Shown: positions 23,320 through 36,827, counted from the first letter of the stretch. The stretch: DNA of 64,000 nucleotides from Eutreptiella sp. 'Long Island Sound 2002' (GCA_964036045.1 OZ038378.1:15810001-15874000), one strand, 5' to 3'. Notes: generated by a model not told the origin, from the letters alone. Program-made: numbers and translations.

Positions 23320-26300
23320 TGGGCCGATGTGTGACTCACCGACCCGGTAATTGGCGTGTTGTGGTAACGGCGAAGCAATGCAAAGGGAATCTCAAGCGCA
23401 CGGAAGTTTTTCTCACTGGCGGGTTCTTTGCGGAGCATATTTATTAAAGAGAGGCCGGCTCTCTCGCCTGGCAGCGCCCTATCTTAGTGGATTGCACACC
23501 TTGATTGATGGACTCCAAGGCGAGTACAACATTCCCTCCACCGTTTGCAAGTTTACTCCTTGCCTCAGTCCGTAATCACTTCAAATGGGACGTCCCATCC
23601 TCCCATCCCGGTCTACACGCACCATTTGGAGGGATCTTTGCCAGTCCCCAACTCGATGTTACAAGGCAACACCTGAATGTAGCCACAATGACGGCACTGA
23701 CTAAGGAGACCTCCATTGATCATTTTGTTGGTCCAACGGCACTCTTCCCCATCAATATCACCAAGATAAAAGAAATAAGTGTTAACCCGGTGAAAGAGGC
23801 GCTAGGGAATAGGTTGTGGCTTCACATGGTCATGCTTCCCGGCGCTTGGAGGTGTGGAGACAACACATTGGGCACCCGGCGGCTACCTTCATACAATGCG
23901 TGTATAGTCTGGAGCCCAATAGCCTTTGTTTGATCATGGACAATAATCTCCGCCCCTGTGCGTGGCGGGACTCCCATTTGTGCCACCAGTTAAACATTCT
24001 GGGGGCCAGGGCGTTTGGCACAAACAATTTACTCTCCATCCACAGCTTCCCCCCATCAAACGAATATTCGGAATAAATACCGTCTTTATGAGTATCCTTG
24101 GTTCTCAAGTTCTTAAACACCCCGTTGAACATAGAATCACTCATATAACGGTTGGTCCAATCTGGGATGATGAGAGAATCTTTTGGTAGGCGTGCGGTTT
24201 TGGCCGGATTTGGGCATTTATTGCCTGAGGCAACCGAAATCGCCGTACTGGTTGTCTGTACCCAGGCCGTTCTCCACTCTCCCAGAGGAGGGATAAGTGA
24301 TCTTCTCCACGGTGGTCTGGGATCGGGTGATAATCTCGTGGGCATGCGCCGGATAGGAGAAGGCAGTAATATCATGACATGGTAAACAATGGTGTTGAAC
24401 TGAACAAAACATACATTCACATCAGATTAGCTTTTTCTCGTCTTCCTCCCACTCACTCACAACGTGGCGGTCCTGCTCTGTACCCGGCCCGCCAAAGCAT
24501 TAAGGTACAAATAAACAGAGGAAAGGCCCGTTTCACACATAATCTCCCAAATCAACCCAAACTTCAGTCCTTGGGGAGAATCTTTCGTCCTAGGGACCAA
24601 TTACGCCCAATGCACAAAAAAGAACGATCACGCTATGGAAGACGTCACATTAGTTTTTTTTGGAATTATCCGTACATAAATGCTACGTATCCCGATAAGT
24701 GCAATCGCATGATGGGCCTTTGCCACTAACTTCGCAATTGCCTAGGCCTTTCACCGGTGTAATGGCTGATTTTTGTATGCCGATCTTGTATGTTTGCCAT
24801 CATTCCGGATGTAGCGTGGGTACCACAGAACGGTGCAATGTCCAAGGTTCTGCGGCGTGATCGACATAGCCACATAATTTTGGACAGTAGCCATATGATA
24901 TCAAGTCATTGTGGGGAGCAATGCATTGGTCTCCGAGAAACAAAACTTTCTTCTGGTCTCCACGACCAAGTTCCAAAGCTGGCACTCCCCGGGGACCAAA
25001 GGTTCCCCACACTATTGGCCCCAACGGGCTGCCCCGTGTGTTGCCTGTTGTGCAAATCATGAGTTCAGGAACATTATCTGGCACAACCCCGTGTATGGTT
25101 ATCAAATGCTATTGCATTGGCGGTTTCAACTCCTCACGTGTGCTCAAATGCAGGGTGTCCACGCCAAATGTGACCTCTTTCTTTGCCTACGTCTGAGGGG
25201 TGTAACATGAACTGCCCATGCAAAGAATTGTTGAATCTAGTGCTCACACACGGTTGTAGAAGTATCTAGATGTTGCACTAGGGTATGTGCTTTCGTATTT
25301 CTATGCGGGAGCTGGGCTTGCAATTGTCCCTTCGATGTTGTGTTATAGCACACACCAACCGTGCCAAGATGCGATGTTGCGAGTAGCCTTGGATGACAAC
25401 ATGCCTGTAGCTCTTCAAGCCGACGGTCCAGCCCTTGCACACCCGGCCCCGGAGCGCCTGGGCCCCAAACGCGGAGGGGAACGGGCCCATGGCGACCCCG
25501 GGGTTGCCATGGTTTGTTGGGGAGATCATCGCGGTGATGAGCACGAGAGGGTCGTCCTAGTTTGGGGTCAGGGTCAGCGCGGGGTTCTCCATGTCAAGTC
25601 AGAGTGCATCCACCGGCTCATTTGGGCTGCCCCGCTTGATGCCCACTTGCACTTGGAGCGCGAGGCGGGGGGGGGGGGGCGCGGGACCCTCACGGGGCCC
25701 TGCACACTAGTTTCAAAGCCCAGATGTTCGCACCGCCCGTGGCGGTGGGGCAGAGCATGCATAGTCATACATCATAGCCTGGAGCCACCACCCTAGGCGG
25801 TGTCCCCGTCACGGGTTGGGGATCGGAGCTCCACCCTATCCTTTATCACGCAGTACATTATGATTCCCAACCCTAGCGGGTGGAGGGCTGGGGTCGCATC
25901 TCATTCCGAGCTGCAGACGGAGAAAGTGGGGGCACTCGGGGTGAAGTCGTCGAGCTAGAGTGGCCCGCGTAATTTTTGGGTGTACAGGGCCAAAAGGGGG
26001 AAAGGCCATCGCTCTCCGCGGAGTCAGGGCCACGACTGGGGATGGCATCTTGGCCTGGAGCCCTCACGCGGCGCCCTACCACGGTCATATATTGGTTGTC
26101 CATGAAAGCAACGACATCCATGCTGCCGCACGGGCTGTCCTTCTTCGGGGCGCTGTCAAGGCTACAAGGCGCATACATCATAGCTTGGAGCCACCACCCT
26201 AGGTGGACGCCCCCGTTCCTAGGGGGGGATCGGAGGTCACTCCCTACCCTCTATCACGTAGTACACCATGATTCCCAGCCCTGGCGGGTGGAGGGCCAGG

Positions 26301-26450
26301 GTGGCGTCTCATTCCGAGCTGCAGGGCGTGAAAGTGGGGACAGTCAGGGTGAAGTTGAGCAGTTAGAAGAGTTCGCGCGTTCTTTGCGAGCTAGAGTAGC
26401 TCGCGTGTTCTTTGGGTGTCCAAGGCCAAAAGGGGTAGGGGCCACCGAAA
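23320..26450 (-). mobile_element. Degenerate Ty3/Gypsy LTR retrotransposon internal region, copy A (PR?/RT/RH remnants and integrase)
   Basis: Integrase H2C2 (WWHKWESRH...CPMC), rve core (KPQPIP*RLFH...EVITD*G; GERAGLSLINMLRK), RT remnant near 24700-24900, and 410-430 bp internal tandem repeats at 25780-26450. No LTRs identified. Confidence 0.85.
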
Positions 26451-27479
26451 CATAGCGAGGTAGGCTACGGACGGCTTGTGGACAGAGGCATGCGGATCCG
26501 AAAAAGGATCCCACCAACAACCAGCACATCCTCAATACACCAATGATTGGCTGCCGCTTCTTTGATTACATCTGTTCTGACCGATAACCTTGTTACACTG
26601 TGATCCTGGGCTGACGCGTGATACGTGGTTCCACGAAAACACATTGCGAATGCCTTGGCAGCGGTGGACGACCATTTTTTCGTTTTAGAGATCTCACGGA
26701 TGACCCGTTGGATGGCATGGAACAAGTCCAGGAACAAGTGTGCATCGGGAAAGTATTCTTCCCACACTAAGACCTCTCCACAACATCTATCCGAGTGAAC
26801 TTCCTCAACCAACATATTTGGCCGTTGAGATAGGTCTTGAAGAAGGTCAGATGGGATGGCGGGATCCTCCAAGATTCTCCAAGCCAACACCATGCCAAGC
26901 TCATTCACCACAAAGTATGCACTCTCAAAAAGCTTCTCGAAGTGATTGTCTATTTTGACCGTACACTTTTTTTGCTATTTTGAATGTGTAGTCCGCTGAC
27001 AATTTCTGTGCCCCCACTGACTTGAGGCAAGCATCATAGAACCCCTTTCTTTGGGCAGCCTCCTTGTCAATCATTGATATCATTGATAGAAACTCACTTG
27101 GAGGGGCACCCCAATCACCGACTGGAAAATAAAGAACAGCATAAAAAACAACTTCATTGTATCTCCACTCGTACAAAGAAGCCATTCACTCTGCGGTGGC
27201 ACTCATGCTCACACCCTTAGAAACACCAGTTAAAACAAGTCGAAGCACTAGGTTATGCAAGGCACTTCGTTGCAATAATATAAATGGGAAGGCCCTTTGT
27301 AACTTGGGAATCAATTGGCTATGGATCGCCCAAGAATGGTACTTCTTACCACAACCTACTAATACGCTTCCTACTTGGTGGCTACATGCATACCCTCGCA
27401 TAAGAAGAATGCAGTTCTCTTCCAAACAGCATAACCCTACTATGCCACACGTGAACACGCAAAGGTTGTCCATGCCCAA
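26445..27479 (-). pseudogene. DDE transposase pseudogene of MULE/IS256-related type (D-x-x-H motif)
   Basis: Collinear motifs LSADYTFK, FESAYFVVNELGMVLAW, HSDRCC, LFLDLFHAIQR. One in-frame stop (27186) and one frameshift (about 26950). Confidence 0.65.
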
Positions 27480-30040
27480 CTTTCTTCCACTCTCCTAGAG
27501 GAGGGATAAGTGAGTTTCTCCACGATTTTCTAGGATTGGGTGATAATCTTGTGGCCATGCACCGGATTGGAGAAGGCAGTAATATCATGACATGGTAAAC
27601 AATTGTGTTGAACTGAACACTACATATATTCAAGTTATATTAGTTTTTTCTTGTTTTCATCCCACCGAATCACAACGTGGCGGTCCTGCTCTGTACGTGG
27701 CCCACCAAAGAATGAAGGTATAAACAAACAGAGGAAATGCCCGTTTCACACATAATCTCCCAAATCAACCCAAACTTCAGTCTCTTGGGAGAATCTTTCC
27801 TTCTAGGGACCAATTAAGCCCAATGCACAAAAAACAACGATCACTCCATGGAAGACATCACATTAATTTTTTGGAATTACCCTTACATAAATGATATGTA
27901 GCCCGATAAGTGCAATCGCATGATGGGCCTTCGCCAATACCTTCGTAATGTCTAGGCCTTTCACTGGTGTAATGGCTGATTTTTGTGTGCGGATCTTGTA
28001 TGTTTGCCATTATCGAGGAAATAGCGTGGGTACTACAGAACGGTGCAATGTGCAAGGTTTTGCAGTGTGATCGACATAGCCACAAAATTTCGGACAATAG
28101 CCATATGTGATATCAAGTCATCGTGGGGAGCATGGCATTGGTCTCCGAGAACCAAATCTTTCTTGTAGTCTCCACAACCAAGGTTCAAAGCTGGCACTCC
28201 CTAGGGACCAAAGGTTCCCCACACTGTCGGCCCCAATGGGCTGCCCTATGTGTCGCACATTGTGAAAGTAATGAGTTCAGCAACATTATCTTGCACAACC
28301 ATGTTGCTTTCATTGTGTTGGCGCTTCCAACCCCTCACATATGCTCAAATGCAGGGTGTCCACGGCTAATGTGACTTCTTGCCTTGCCTACGTCTGAGGG
28401 TTGTACCATAAGAATGGTCACCATGAACCGCCCACGCAAAGAATTGTTGAACGCAGTGCTCACACACGGTTGTAGAAGTATGTAGATTTTGCACTAGGGT
28501 GTATGCTTTCATGTTTCTATGCGGAAGCTGAGCTTTCAATTGTCCCTTCGCTGTTGTGTTCTAGCACACACCAACTGTGCCAAGATGCGATGTTGCGAGT
28601 AGCCTTGGATGACAACATGCCTGTAGCTCTTCAAGCCGACGGTCCAGCCCTTGCACTCTGGGCCCCTAACGCGGAGGGGAACGGGGCATGGCGACCCCGG
28701 GTTTGTCATAGTTTGCTTTGGCCATCATCGCGGTGATGAGCACGAGTGGGGCGTCCTGATTTGGGGTAAGGGCCACCCCATGGTCTTCAAGGTCAAGCCA
28801 GGGCGCATCCACCGCCTGATATGGGTCGCCCCGCTTGATGCCCACGTGCACTTGGAGCGTGAGGCGGGGGGGGGGGGGGGGTGCCGCGCGGGACTCTCAC
28901 GGGGCACTAGCACACCAGTTTCAAAGCCCAGATGCCGGCACCGCTCGTGGCGGGGGTGGGGCAAAGCATGCATAGCTATACATCATAGCCTGGAGCCACC
29001 ACCCCAGGCGGATGTCCCCGTCACGGTTTGGGGATTGGAGCCCCACCCTCTCCTCAATCACGTAGTACATTGTGATTCTCAGCCCTAGGGTGGAGGGCCC
29101 GGGTCGCGTCTCATTGCGAGCTGTCGAGCGAGAAAGTGGGGACACTTGGGGTGAAGTCGACGAGCTAGAGTAGCTCGCACCTTCTTTGGCAGCTAGAGTA
29201 GCCCGCGTATTCTTGGGGTGTACAGGGCCAAAAGGGGGAAAGGCCATCACTCTCCGCGGAGTCAAGGCCACGACTGGGGATGGCATCTTTGTCCCGAGCC
29301 CTCACGCGGCGCCCTACCACGGTCATACATTAACTGTCCAGGGAAGCAACGCCATCCATGCTGCCGCACGGGCTGCCTTCTTCGGGGCGCTATCAGGGCT
29401 ACGAGGCGCATACATCACAGCTTGGAGCCACCACCCCAGGCACGCGCCCTCGTCCCTGGGTGGGGATCGGAGCTCCAGCCTACCCTCTATCACGTACCAC
29501 ACTATGATTCCCAGCCCTGGTGGGTGGGGGCCAGGGTCGCCTCTCATTCCGAGCTGCAGGGCGTGAAAGTGGGGACAGGTAGGGTGAAGTTGAGCAGTTA
29601 GAAGAGTTCGCGCGTTTTTTGGGAGCTAGAGTAGCTCGCGTGTTCTTTGGGTGTCCAGGGCCAAAAGGGGGAGAGGCCGTAGCTCTCCGGGGAGCGACGG
29701 CGAGGAGTGGGGATTGCACCTTGGCCCACCGCCCTCACGCGGCACCCTACCACTGACATGCACTCGTTGTCCAGCAAAGCAACGACATCCATGCTCCTGC
29801 ATGGGTTTACTTTCTTCCACTCTCCCAGAGGATGGATCAGTGATTTTCACCAATATTTTCTGGGATTGGGTGATAATCTCGTGGGCATGCGCCGGATTGG
29901 AGAAGGCAGTAATATCATGACATCGTAAACAATGGTGTTGAACTGAATACTACATACATTCACATCAGATTAGCTTTTTCTCGTCTTCATCCCACTCAAT
30001 CACAATTTGGCATTCGGTCTAGGGACCAATTACGCCCAAT
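27480..30040 (-). mobile_element. Degenerate Ty3/Gypsy internal region, copy B plus a short third RH fragment
   Basis: Homologous to 24280-26450; block gtgggcatgcgccggat..ggagaaggcagtaatatcatgac at about 24340, 27555 and 29880. Confidence 0.85.
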
Positions 30041-30805
30041 GCACATGGGTGGCTCCTCGTGGGTGTCCCATGTGGCGGTGCCGCGGTGGGGGTTGTTCGG
30101 GTTGCCGTCCTTGGCGGCAATGGTGGTGGTCCCGCGGCGCGTTTGGGGGTTCTGTGGTGTCATGGTGACGCCCCTTGACGTTCTGTAGTGTGTAGGCGTT
30201 GTGGGTCTTCTAGGCGGGCGGCCCGTGTTGGTGCCGGGGCCCCGTTGGTGTGTTGAGTTCTGGAGGAGGAGGCCCATAATGGGATCGTGGTGTAAATTCT
30301 GGAGTTGGAGGAGGAGGAAGGGGAGGAATCGGCCCCGGGTGGTGTCAGTGCCGCCTTTCCGTATGTGCCCTGCGGTGGCTGGGGGATGTCCATGTGGCCG
30401 GCCCGCTGAGGCATGGGCCACAGACGGCATGGGATTTGGAATCCCCGCCACCACAGCCACACCGCCATAAGGCGGTTGGCGCCGCCGGGGGTCAGGGCCC
30501 CAGTTGGGCAGAGGATGTCCCCCCATTCGTGGCCGTGGCCGCCGTGGAGCAGCCCCATGGCCCACTCGGCGTCGCCCACGAACTACCCAAAGTAGTGGGG
30601 GAGATGGGTCATGAGGGGGACCACGACTGTACGGTAACACTCCCACATGTTGCCGGTGACGTCCCAACAGGCAGGCTGGTTGCCGATGGGCGGGCGGCCC
30701 CCTGTGGCCGCTGTCGCATGGAAGTCCCGTTCTGGGGCGGGCATCAGCTTCTTCTCCCCCGGCGGTGTCCTCCACCGCGCCGCCCGCCAAGAGGGTCGTG
30801 GCGGT
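30040..30805 (-). mobile_element. GC-rich LINE-like fragment truncating the hAT C-terminus
   Basis: Abrupt switch after hAT WWLKRSEQLP; Trp/Cys-rich broken frames like those at 21300-21900. Confidence 0.35.
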
Positions 30806-31405
30806 AGTTGCTCCGATCGTTTGAGCCACCAATCGAATGACTCTGTGTGCCTGTACCACAGCATATTGCTTTGCAAATCGTCCTCGCTCATTGCTCATTA
30901 GGAATGGGTCCACATGGAGGCACACTATCAGACATGGGAAGGTCAACCAATCCTGTGAGAACCACATGTATGCGCACGCACGATCACACATGGGAAAGTC
31001 AACTAATGCTAGCATTTGAACTACGAAATGAATGACATGAAAAAGGTACAAACCTCATACAACTGTGTTGTTTCCGTTTGGGCGTTTGGACGTTTGTTTC
31101 CCTTCAGCACGACTTACTTCGATAGTTTCCTGGTATTGGTCGTGTTGGAATTGGCGAACAAGAATGAGGCTGACAGGGCTCGTCACATAGTGCTCACCTT
31201 GCATAGTGTGTGTTATCTCCTCAAATGGCTCTACCAAGGCCCGCAGAAGGTTCAATTTCTGTCTATCAGATGCACTAACCATTGCAATAATTGACCAAGG
31301 ACCATCGTTCGACACAAGCACCGCTTGTGAGATTGAGTGGCACTGTAAAACACTGTGAATCATGTTGAGTGCACTGTTCGAACAAGTCGATACATCAACC
31401 TTCAT
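30806..31405 (-). pseudogene. hAT transposase C-terminal part (TRWN region to dimerisation domain)
   Basis: MKVDVSTCSNSALNMI (DVxTRWNS), LVEPFEEITHTMQGEHYVT, CLHVDPF (LDPRF-like), ESFDWWLKRSEQLP. Confidence 0.85.
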
Positions 31406-31419
31406 GGTAGCAAATCTTT

Positions 31420-31550
31420 AATTCTCAGTTGGAGTGAGGGCGAGGACTGGGGATGGCGCCGCGGCCCACCGCCCTCACGCGGCACCCTACCACCGACATG
31501 CACCCGCTGTCCAGCTAAGCAACGACATCCATGCTCCTGCATTGGTTCAC
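31420..31550. mobile_element. Short fragment of the Gypsy internal repeat inserted in the hAT gene
   Basis: cccaccgccctcacgcggcaccctaccac...gcaacgacatccatgctcctgcat matches 29725-29800 and 43140-43210. Confidence 0.8.
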
Positions 31551-31579
31551 CATAGTGAGATGAAATGATATATACAAAT

Positions 31580-31965
31580 ATATGGTCAAACGCCACATCT
31601 TATTCTCACAACGGTTGCTGTCCGCAGGTTTGCCATTGTCTTCGGTGAGGCACGAATGTAGGAAATCTGCCGTCGTCACTTATTCAAAAGGTCTCGCCTC
31701 TCCTGCAGCTCCTCCTTTCTGTCCCAAGCACACCGAGGACATACACAAGGCAAGGCTGTAGGAGATGTGCAGAACATGGCCTTGTTAGAAATCCTCCAAG
31801 GCTGCATCCACGAAGCATGTTGGCAGCACTGTCTGGGGTTGCAACGGTACTCTCGGATGCAGGAAAATAGCACCTTCCCAACACTTCAGTCAACCATTCT
31901 GCAATGGCCTCCCTCCTCTCATGAGGATGAGGAAAGTCACTCAAGTCCAAAAGCAGAGTGATTGA
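31580..31965 (-). pseudogene. hAT transposase middle part (second catalytic Asp and CxxH), copy 1
   Basis: LLDLSDFPHPH..EAIAEWLTEVL...VATPDSAANMLRGC...PCSAHLLQ (TDNAANM and CxAH motifs). Confidence 0.85.
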
Positions 31966-32937
31966 TACCCCTTCGGGGGGATTCCCCCGTCGTCCGCCCC
32001 CGCCGGCCTCCCCTCCATCGGTCCCTTGATGGTGGGGCGGGGCGGCCGGTACGGCTCAATGCGGGTCATTGGCATGGTGTCGCTCTGTGGGCGATGTGGT
32101 GCACCTGTTTGCCGCTGTTCGCCCCCTGCGTCCCTCCCTCGGCGTGCGGCCGTGTCCCGCGTCCGCGCCTGCTTCTTCCCCTTTGTGCCTCTCGTGCCGC
32201 GCTCGTCGCCGCTGACGCGCGCACTGCGTGTGTCCCCTGTTCCCCTCTTCTCTACCCTTGCCCTGCCGCCCTTACCCCTCTCTCTCTGCCTCGTCCTCTC
32301 TCCTCTACCCACCACCTCACCGCGTCCCAACCCTTCGTCACACGGAGGGGCGTCGCTTGCCCATCTCCGTCAGGTTATTACCGTCTGCTATCACTGCCCG
32401 TGCTGTACACCCTCCCGAGTAGTCCACTCGCGGGTACCACCTACGCGGCCGATGCCCCTACCCTTCCCCCTGGAGTCGGGTTGTACCCGGAGGCCTCTCG
32501 CCCTGGCCCACCAATGTGGGTGTGCGTCGTGTGGCACGACTTCGCCATGTGGCCCACGGAGCCTCCGGCTCAGCACATCCCAGGCCGGCCGTGGCCGATC
32601 CCTCAGAGCGCCGGCCACCCGTAAGCCCAACGGCCCCTCCGCAGCACCACCACGCTGGCCTCCCGGCAGTGGGCAGTCCGCATCCCAGGGAGATCAGCCC
32701 TACAGGGGCGCCTTTATGCAGTCTCTCGGCACCGTTCGTGTGAACGCCGGCTGAAGCCAGCCAGGATCCCGGCGCCAGCGTGTCGGAACACCGGCTCGTC
32801 CGGCTGTTCGCCACCCCCGCAAGGGGCGGGGTGCTGGCTCCGTTCTCCACCCGACGGGTGCAGCGCCTCTACATCTCGTAGCAGGATTCTCGTGGAACAC
32901 CGCACACATCGCCCGTCGTTCCACCCCGCCGCCAGCT
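31966..32937 (-). mobile_element. Truncated copy of the 2-kb Helentron/Helitron2-like insert (hairpin end only)
   Basis: Starts taccccttcggggggattcccccgt; cut at 32937 by the 1307-bp duplication junction. Confidence 0.55.
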
Positions 32938-33272
32938 TGCCATTGTCTTCGGTGAGGCACGAATGTAGGAAATCTGCCGTCGTCACTTATTCAACAGGTC
33001 TCGCCTGTCCTGCAGCTCCTCCTTTCTGTCCCAAGCACACCGAGGACATACACAAGGCAAGGCTGTAGGAGATGTGCAGAACATGGCCTTGTTAGAAATC
33101 CTCCAAGGCTGCATCCACGAAGCATGTTGGCAGCACTGTCTGGGGTTGCAACGGTACTCTCGGATGCAGGAAAATAGCACCTTCCCAACACTTCAGTCAA
33201 CCATTCTGCAATGGCCTCCCTCCTCTCATGAGGATGAGGAAAGTCACTCAAGTCCAAAAGCAGAGTAATTGA
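32938..33272 (-). pseudogene. hAT transposase middle part, copy 2
   Basis: Near-identical to copy 1, offset 1307 bp. Confidence 0.85.
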
Positions 33273-35288
33273 TACCCCTTCGGGGGGATTCCCCCGTCGT
33301 CCGCCCCCGCCGGCCTCCCCTCCATCAGTCCCTTGATGGTGGGGCGGGGCGGCCGGTACGGCTCAATGCGGGTCATTGGCATGGTGTCGCTCTGTGGGCG
33401 ATGTGGTGCACCTGTTTGCCGCTGTTCGCCCCCTGCGTCCCTCCCTCGGCGTGCGGCCGTGTCCCGCGTCCGCGCTTGCTTCTTCCCTTTTGTGCCTCTC
33501 GTGCCGCGCTCGTCGCCGCTGACGCGCGCACTGCGTGTGTCCCCTGTTCCCCTCTTCTCTACCCTTGCCCTGCCGCCCTTACCCCTCTCTCTCTGCCTCG
33601 TCCTCTCTCCTCTACCCACCACCTCACCCCGTCCCAACCCTTTGTCACACGGAGGGGCGTCGCTTGCCCATCTCCGTCAGGTTATTACCGTCTGCTATCA
33701 CTGCCCATGCTGTACACCCTCCCGAGTAGTCCACTCGCGGGTACCACCTATGCGGCCGATGCCCCTACCCTTCCCCCTGGAGTCGGGTTGTACCCGGAGG
33801 CCTCTCGCCCTGGCCCACCAATGTGGGTGTGCGTCGTGTGGCACGACTTCGCCATGTGGCCCACGGAGCCTCCGGCTCAGCACATCCCAAGCCGGCCGTG
33901 GCCGATCCCTCAGAGCGCCGGCCACCCGTAAGCCCAACGGCCCCTCCGCAGCACCACCACGCTGGCCTCCCGGCAGTGGGCAGTCCGCATCCCAGGGAGA
34001 TCAGCCCTACAGGGGCGCCTTTATGCAGTCTCTCGGCACCGATCGTGTGAACGCCGGCTGAAGCCAGCCAGGATCCCGGCGCCAGTGTGTCGGAACACCG
34101 GCTCGTCCGGTTGTTCGCCACCCCCGCAGGGCGGGGTGCTGGCTCCGTTCTCCACCCGACGGGTGCAGCGCCTCTACATCTCGTAGCGGGATTCTCGTGG
34201 AACACCGCACACATCGCCCGTCGTTCCACCCCGCCGCCAGCTTCGCATCCGTCGGATCCCCGTTGTGCGCCCGCCCTCCATAGGGGCGTTGTGGCCAGGG
34301 CTGAGATGGCTGCCCCGGCGCTCCTTCTGGCGCCGTACCCGCCGCCTTTCCCCTCTTGGGTCGTTGTACGCCTCCTTTACTCCGGTCCCCGACGCGGACC
34401 CTGACTTCTCCACTGCCGCTCCACATGCCTCGCGTATCCCCTGGTGTCTGGCACTCAGACTGGCTTGCACCGTTGGCCTTCGCCTTGCTGCCCGGCCGCG
34501 GTGCCCGCATCTGCCGTACCCCATCGTCACGGCCTCTGCTGCCGCTGATCCGGTGCCCGGCCCGTCGTCTAGGGCTCCAAGCTCCCGACGTTCATCCCCT
34601 CGTCTCCCTCTGCCATGCTGGCCATCCTCCACTTCCGGCCTCTTCCCCGCCACCTCTTGGCCCATCGTGTCCCCGTGCCCGTCCCCTGCCCTATACTTCC
34701 CCTCCGCCCTTCCCCGACCACCTCCTTCCAGTGTCGACATCTCGAGCCCACCCAGCCCGCAGCCCGCACTCCACTCCCTTCTGCCCTCCCTGCACCCTCC
34801 GTGGGCCTGGCTCTGCATCCTGTCGCCCATGTGGACCCTCTCCTGGCCCGCCCTACGCCGCGCCATCGCCCCGCCCATGTCCCCCTCAGTACCACCCCTC
34901 CCTCTGCAACAGCTCCCTCGGCGTACGCACCCTGGGCTTTCTCCCCCGTTCCTTGGGACACTTCAGGTCCACCCCCGCGAGCGCCTCTCCCAGCATCCTC
35001 CTCCACCTGCCCTCCTCCATCTCCGGCCCCCGGTCCCGCGGCCTCCCCGCCCTGCGGACCAGGTCGCAGAACGGGCGAGTCCCGCGCCTCTCCTGTCCCC
35101 CTCTCGTCCTCCTTGCCCACTTCACGTAGCGGACCAGCTCCGCCACGTCCCCCGCCCTCCACCCCCGGACTGTCCCCGGCACCCTCCGCGCCGGATGCCG
35201 CGCATACCGCCGCGGTTGTGGTGACTCCGAACCCCAGTCCGTCGGTGTCGGTTCTGGGCTGGGGCTGGTGGGCTGCGCAACGGGGGAG
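33273..35288 (-). mobile_element. 2.0-kb GC-rich non-autonomous Helentron/Helitron2-like element
   Basis: T|T insertion without TSD; asymmetric inverted repeat TCCCCCGT/ACGGGGGA; CCCC-GAA-GGGG hairpin 2 nt from the end. Interior has an RNase H-like ARAEMAAPALLL segment. Confidence 0.55.
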
Positions 35289-35850
35289 AAAAGGCTTGTT
35301 GACTAGACTACAGGTCACCGCGCCGTAGCAGCGGTGTTGGTGGCTGCGGGTCCACGGGTTGTGTTGAATAGCTACAAACGGAGAGCCCCAAGCCTGTCGG
35401 GTCTTCACGAACAGGCACCACATTTTACTCATTCTAAGGGACTTCTTCACATGCATCATGCGGTTCACCGTTTTCTTGTGCAGCGGCACATAGGTGGGGC
35501 AGAGTTCACACCTCCAATTCTGGAATTTTGGATCCCGAACATCTTGTCAAAGGGTCTTAGGGATTTGGCAAAGTGCTGTGCGGCACGATAATGGTGTGCA
35601 AAACAAGATTGAAAAGGTATTTTGCATAGTACATGCCTGTCATCAGACACGGAAATGATCTTTGCATGTGCTGACACAATGGCCAACTCCAGGTAAACAT
35701 TGTAATGGTGCTGCTTCAGGTGGGTGAACAGGGCGGTAGTGCTTCCTCCAGCTTGTTGGATGCGCTGTGAGCACGATTTGCAGGCGTACAAGTTTGGAAT
35801 TCCACTGGCCTTCAGGTATTCGTAGACACATGACTTCTTTAGACACTTCT
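35289..35850 (-). pseudogene. hAT transposase N-terminal part (BED finger, Hermes DBD, first catalytic region), copy 1
   Basis: KSCVYEYL...YACKSCSQRIQQAGGSTTALFTHLKQHH (zf-BED), HFAKSLRPFDKMFG, FVAIQHNPWT..HRCYGAVT. Frameshift near 35535. Confidence 0.88.
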
Positions 35851-36429
35851 AGTCTTAGCTGGGTTCTGAGTGTGAGCCTGGTTGTTCCGGTTGTTGGTGA
35901 TCCCCACGTTCTTTAGGCGCAAGCTGCTCCTTGCGTTGACTTGAAACAGACACGCGGTGGGCCTTGTCTTTGGCATATCGGCAAAATTGTGCCTCATACA
36001 TGGCGTAGGTTTTGTCCTCCCCTCCAGCCACTTAACCGAGAAATGCTCCTGGACAGGTGTACTTCCGCTTACAATTATAAAGCCGGTCCCACCACGTAAC
36101 AGTGCAGGAGTAAAGCTTCGTCCTCTGTTCTTTCGAGCCTCCGTCCCAGAAAGTGCTAGGCAGCTGCAACTGCACACCACGGTTGTGGTCCTTGCATAGG
36201 ACCTGTGCAAAACTGTCCATAACTCCATCCATTTCTGCATGTCACACAAAGATGAGTAACCCGACAAGGAAAAGGGGAGCCAGACAAAGAAGAGGAGCTA
36301 GACAAAGAAGAGGATCCAGGGGCGAAGAAGAGGGAAACCACTGAAGTGTTCTGACCAGGTGAAGTAATGTGACAGTGGAAGGCATTTGCAATGGACTTTG
36401 TTTACAATGATTAGTGAATTTCGTTTGCA

Positions 36430-36827
36430 ATATCGTATGCAATATGGTCAAACGCCACATCTTATTCACACAACGGCTGCTGCCCGCAGGTTTGCCATTG
36501 TCTTCGGTGAGGCACGAATGTAGGAAATCTGCCGTCGTCACTTATTCAACAGGTCTCGCCTCTCCTGCAGCTCCTCCTTTCTGTCCCAAGCACACCGAGG
36601 ACATACACAAGGCAAGGCTGTAGGAGATGTGCAGAACATGGCCTTGTTAGAAATCCTCCAAGGCTGCATCCACGAAGCATGTTGGCAGCACTGTCTGGGG
36701 TTGCAACGGTACTCTCGGATGCAGGAAAATAGCACCTTCCCAACACTTCAGTCAACCATTCTGCAATGGCCTCCCTCCTCTCATGAGGATGAGGAAAGTC
36801 ACTCAAGTCCAAAAGCAGAGTGATTGA
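36430..36827 (-). pseudogene. hAT transposase middle part, copy 3
   Basis: Near-identical to copies 1 and 2. Confidence 0.85.

Noticed and set aside
29996-31051. 351-aa ORF, the longest in the window
   Set aside because: Chimeric read-through from hAT remnant into GC-rich LINE-like DNA and a Gypsy fragment.
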